Shown one piece after another: positions 26,910 to 27,226 of a stretch of 27,226 bases of DNA. Source of the stretch: Microcoleaceae cyanobacterium. Its GTDB lineage: Bacteria; Cyanobacteriota; Cyanobacteriia; Cyanobacteriales; Microcoleaceae. Every line of letters starts with the position of its first letter. The stretch's first letter is position 1. A program made the position numbers and the translations under genes. The notes under the pieces are model-generated. The model ran no database searches, was not told the DNA's origin, and worked only from the letters and a program-made list of their open reading frames with translations. Location: assembly GCA_051652765.1 (NCBI GenBank), contig JBOFUV010000150.1:1-27226 (forward strand). Reading direction: 5' to 3'.

Positions 26910-27226
26910 ATGACTCAAGGTATTTGGATCTTAGGCGACCAACTCTCAACTACCCAGGCTGCCCTGAAGCAGTGTCCGTCGAAGTCAGCAACTCCAGTGA
27001 TTCTGGTTGAATCCTTGACTCATATTCAAGCCCGACCCTACCATCGCCAAAAATTAGTGTTAGTCTGGTCGGCCATGCGCCACTTTGCAAGGGAACTCAG
27101 AGACTCGGGTTGGCCCGTCACGTATGTCGAAGCCGCACCCGATTTTGCTACGCCCTTGAACCAATGGATTCGAGACCATGGGATCACTCAGGTGCAGATA
27201 ATGAAACCGGGCGATCGCCCCTTTGT
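26910..27226 (+). CDS. Cryptochrome/photolyase-related protein (deoxyribodipyrimidine photolyase-related, PhrB-like), 3'-partial
   Basis: Not in the ORF track. My translation is MTQGIWILGDQLS...VILVES...YHRQKLVLVWSAMRHFARELR..., open to the end of the window. Confidence 0.9.
   Translation, partial: MTQGIWILGDQLSTTQAALKQCPSKSATPVILVESLTHIQARPYHRQKLVLVWSAMRHFARELRDSGWPVTYVEAAPDFATPLNQWIRDHGITQVQIMKPGDRPF

Noticed and set aside
3558..27218. Frequent GCGATCGC octamers (at least 16)
   Set aside because: This is the known cyanobacterial HIP1 sequence, useful for taxonomy but not novel. Its presence in the RTX and STAND genes argues against recent foreign origin.

Overview
Cyanobacterial chromosomal window: at least 16 HIP1 octamers (GCGATCGC), ccmP, CPP1-like and DUF2949 genes. 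It has about 23 CDSs. I found no rRNA, tRNA, CRISPR array or transposase. The right half is mostly housekeeping: desaturase/SDR fusion, CPP1-like, pgeF, birA, M23 peptidase, riboflavin synthase, bifunctional nuclease, aldo/keto reductase, pentapeptide protein, ccmP and a partial photolyase-related gene. The left half holds the unusual material. (i) A DUF4912-type protein whose short SG-x-G linker is expanded into about 70 shuffled 7-aa and 9-aa modules. (ii) Two tandem paralogous, probably secreted proteins built from four copies of a ~200-aa Tyr/His-containing module. Each gene has the same Fur-box-like element upstream, and the pair is divergent from a small four-Cys protein, so this may be an iron-regulated locus. 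(iii) A co-directional run of DUF2949 (with a CRP-like site), an HTH-NB-ARC-WD40 STAND protein, a helical hypothetical protein and a double retropepsin protease. All family calls come from motif recognition by eye; no database search was run.
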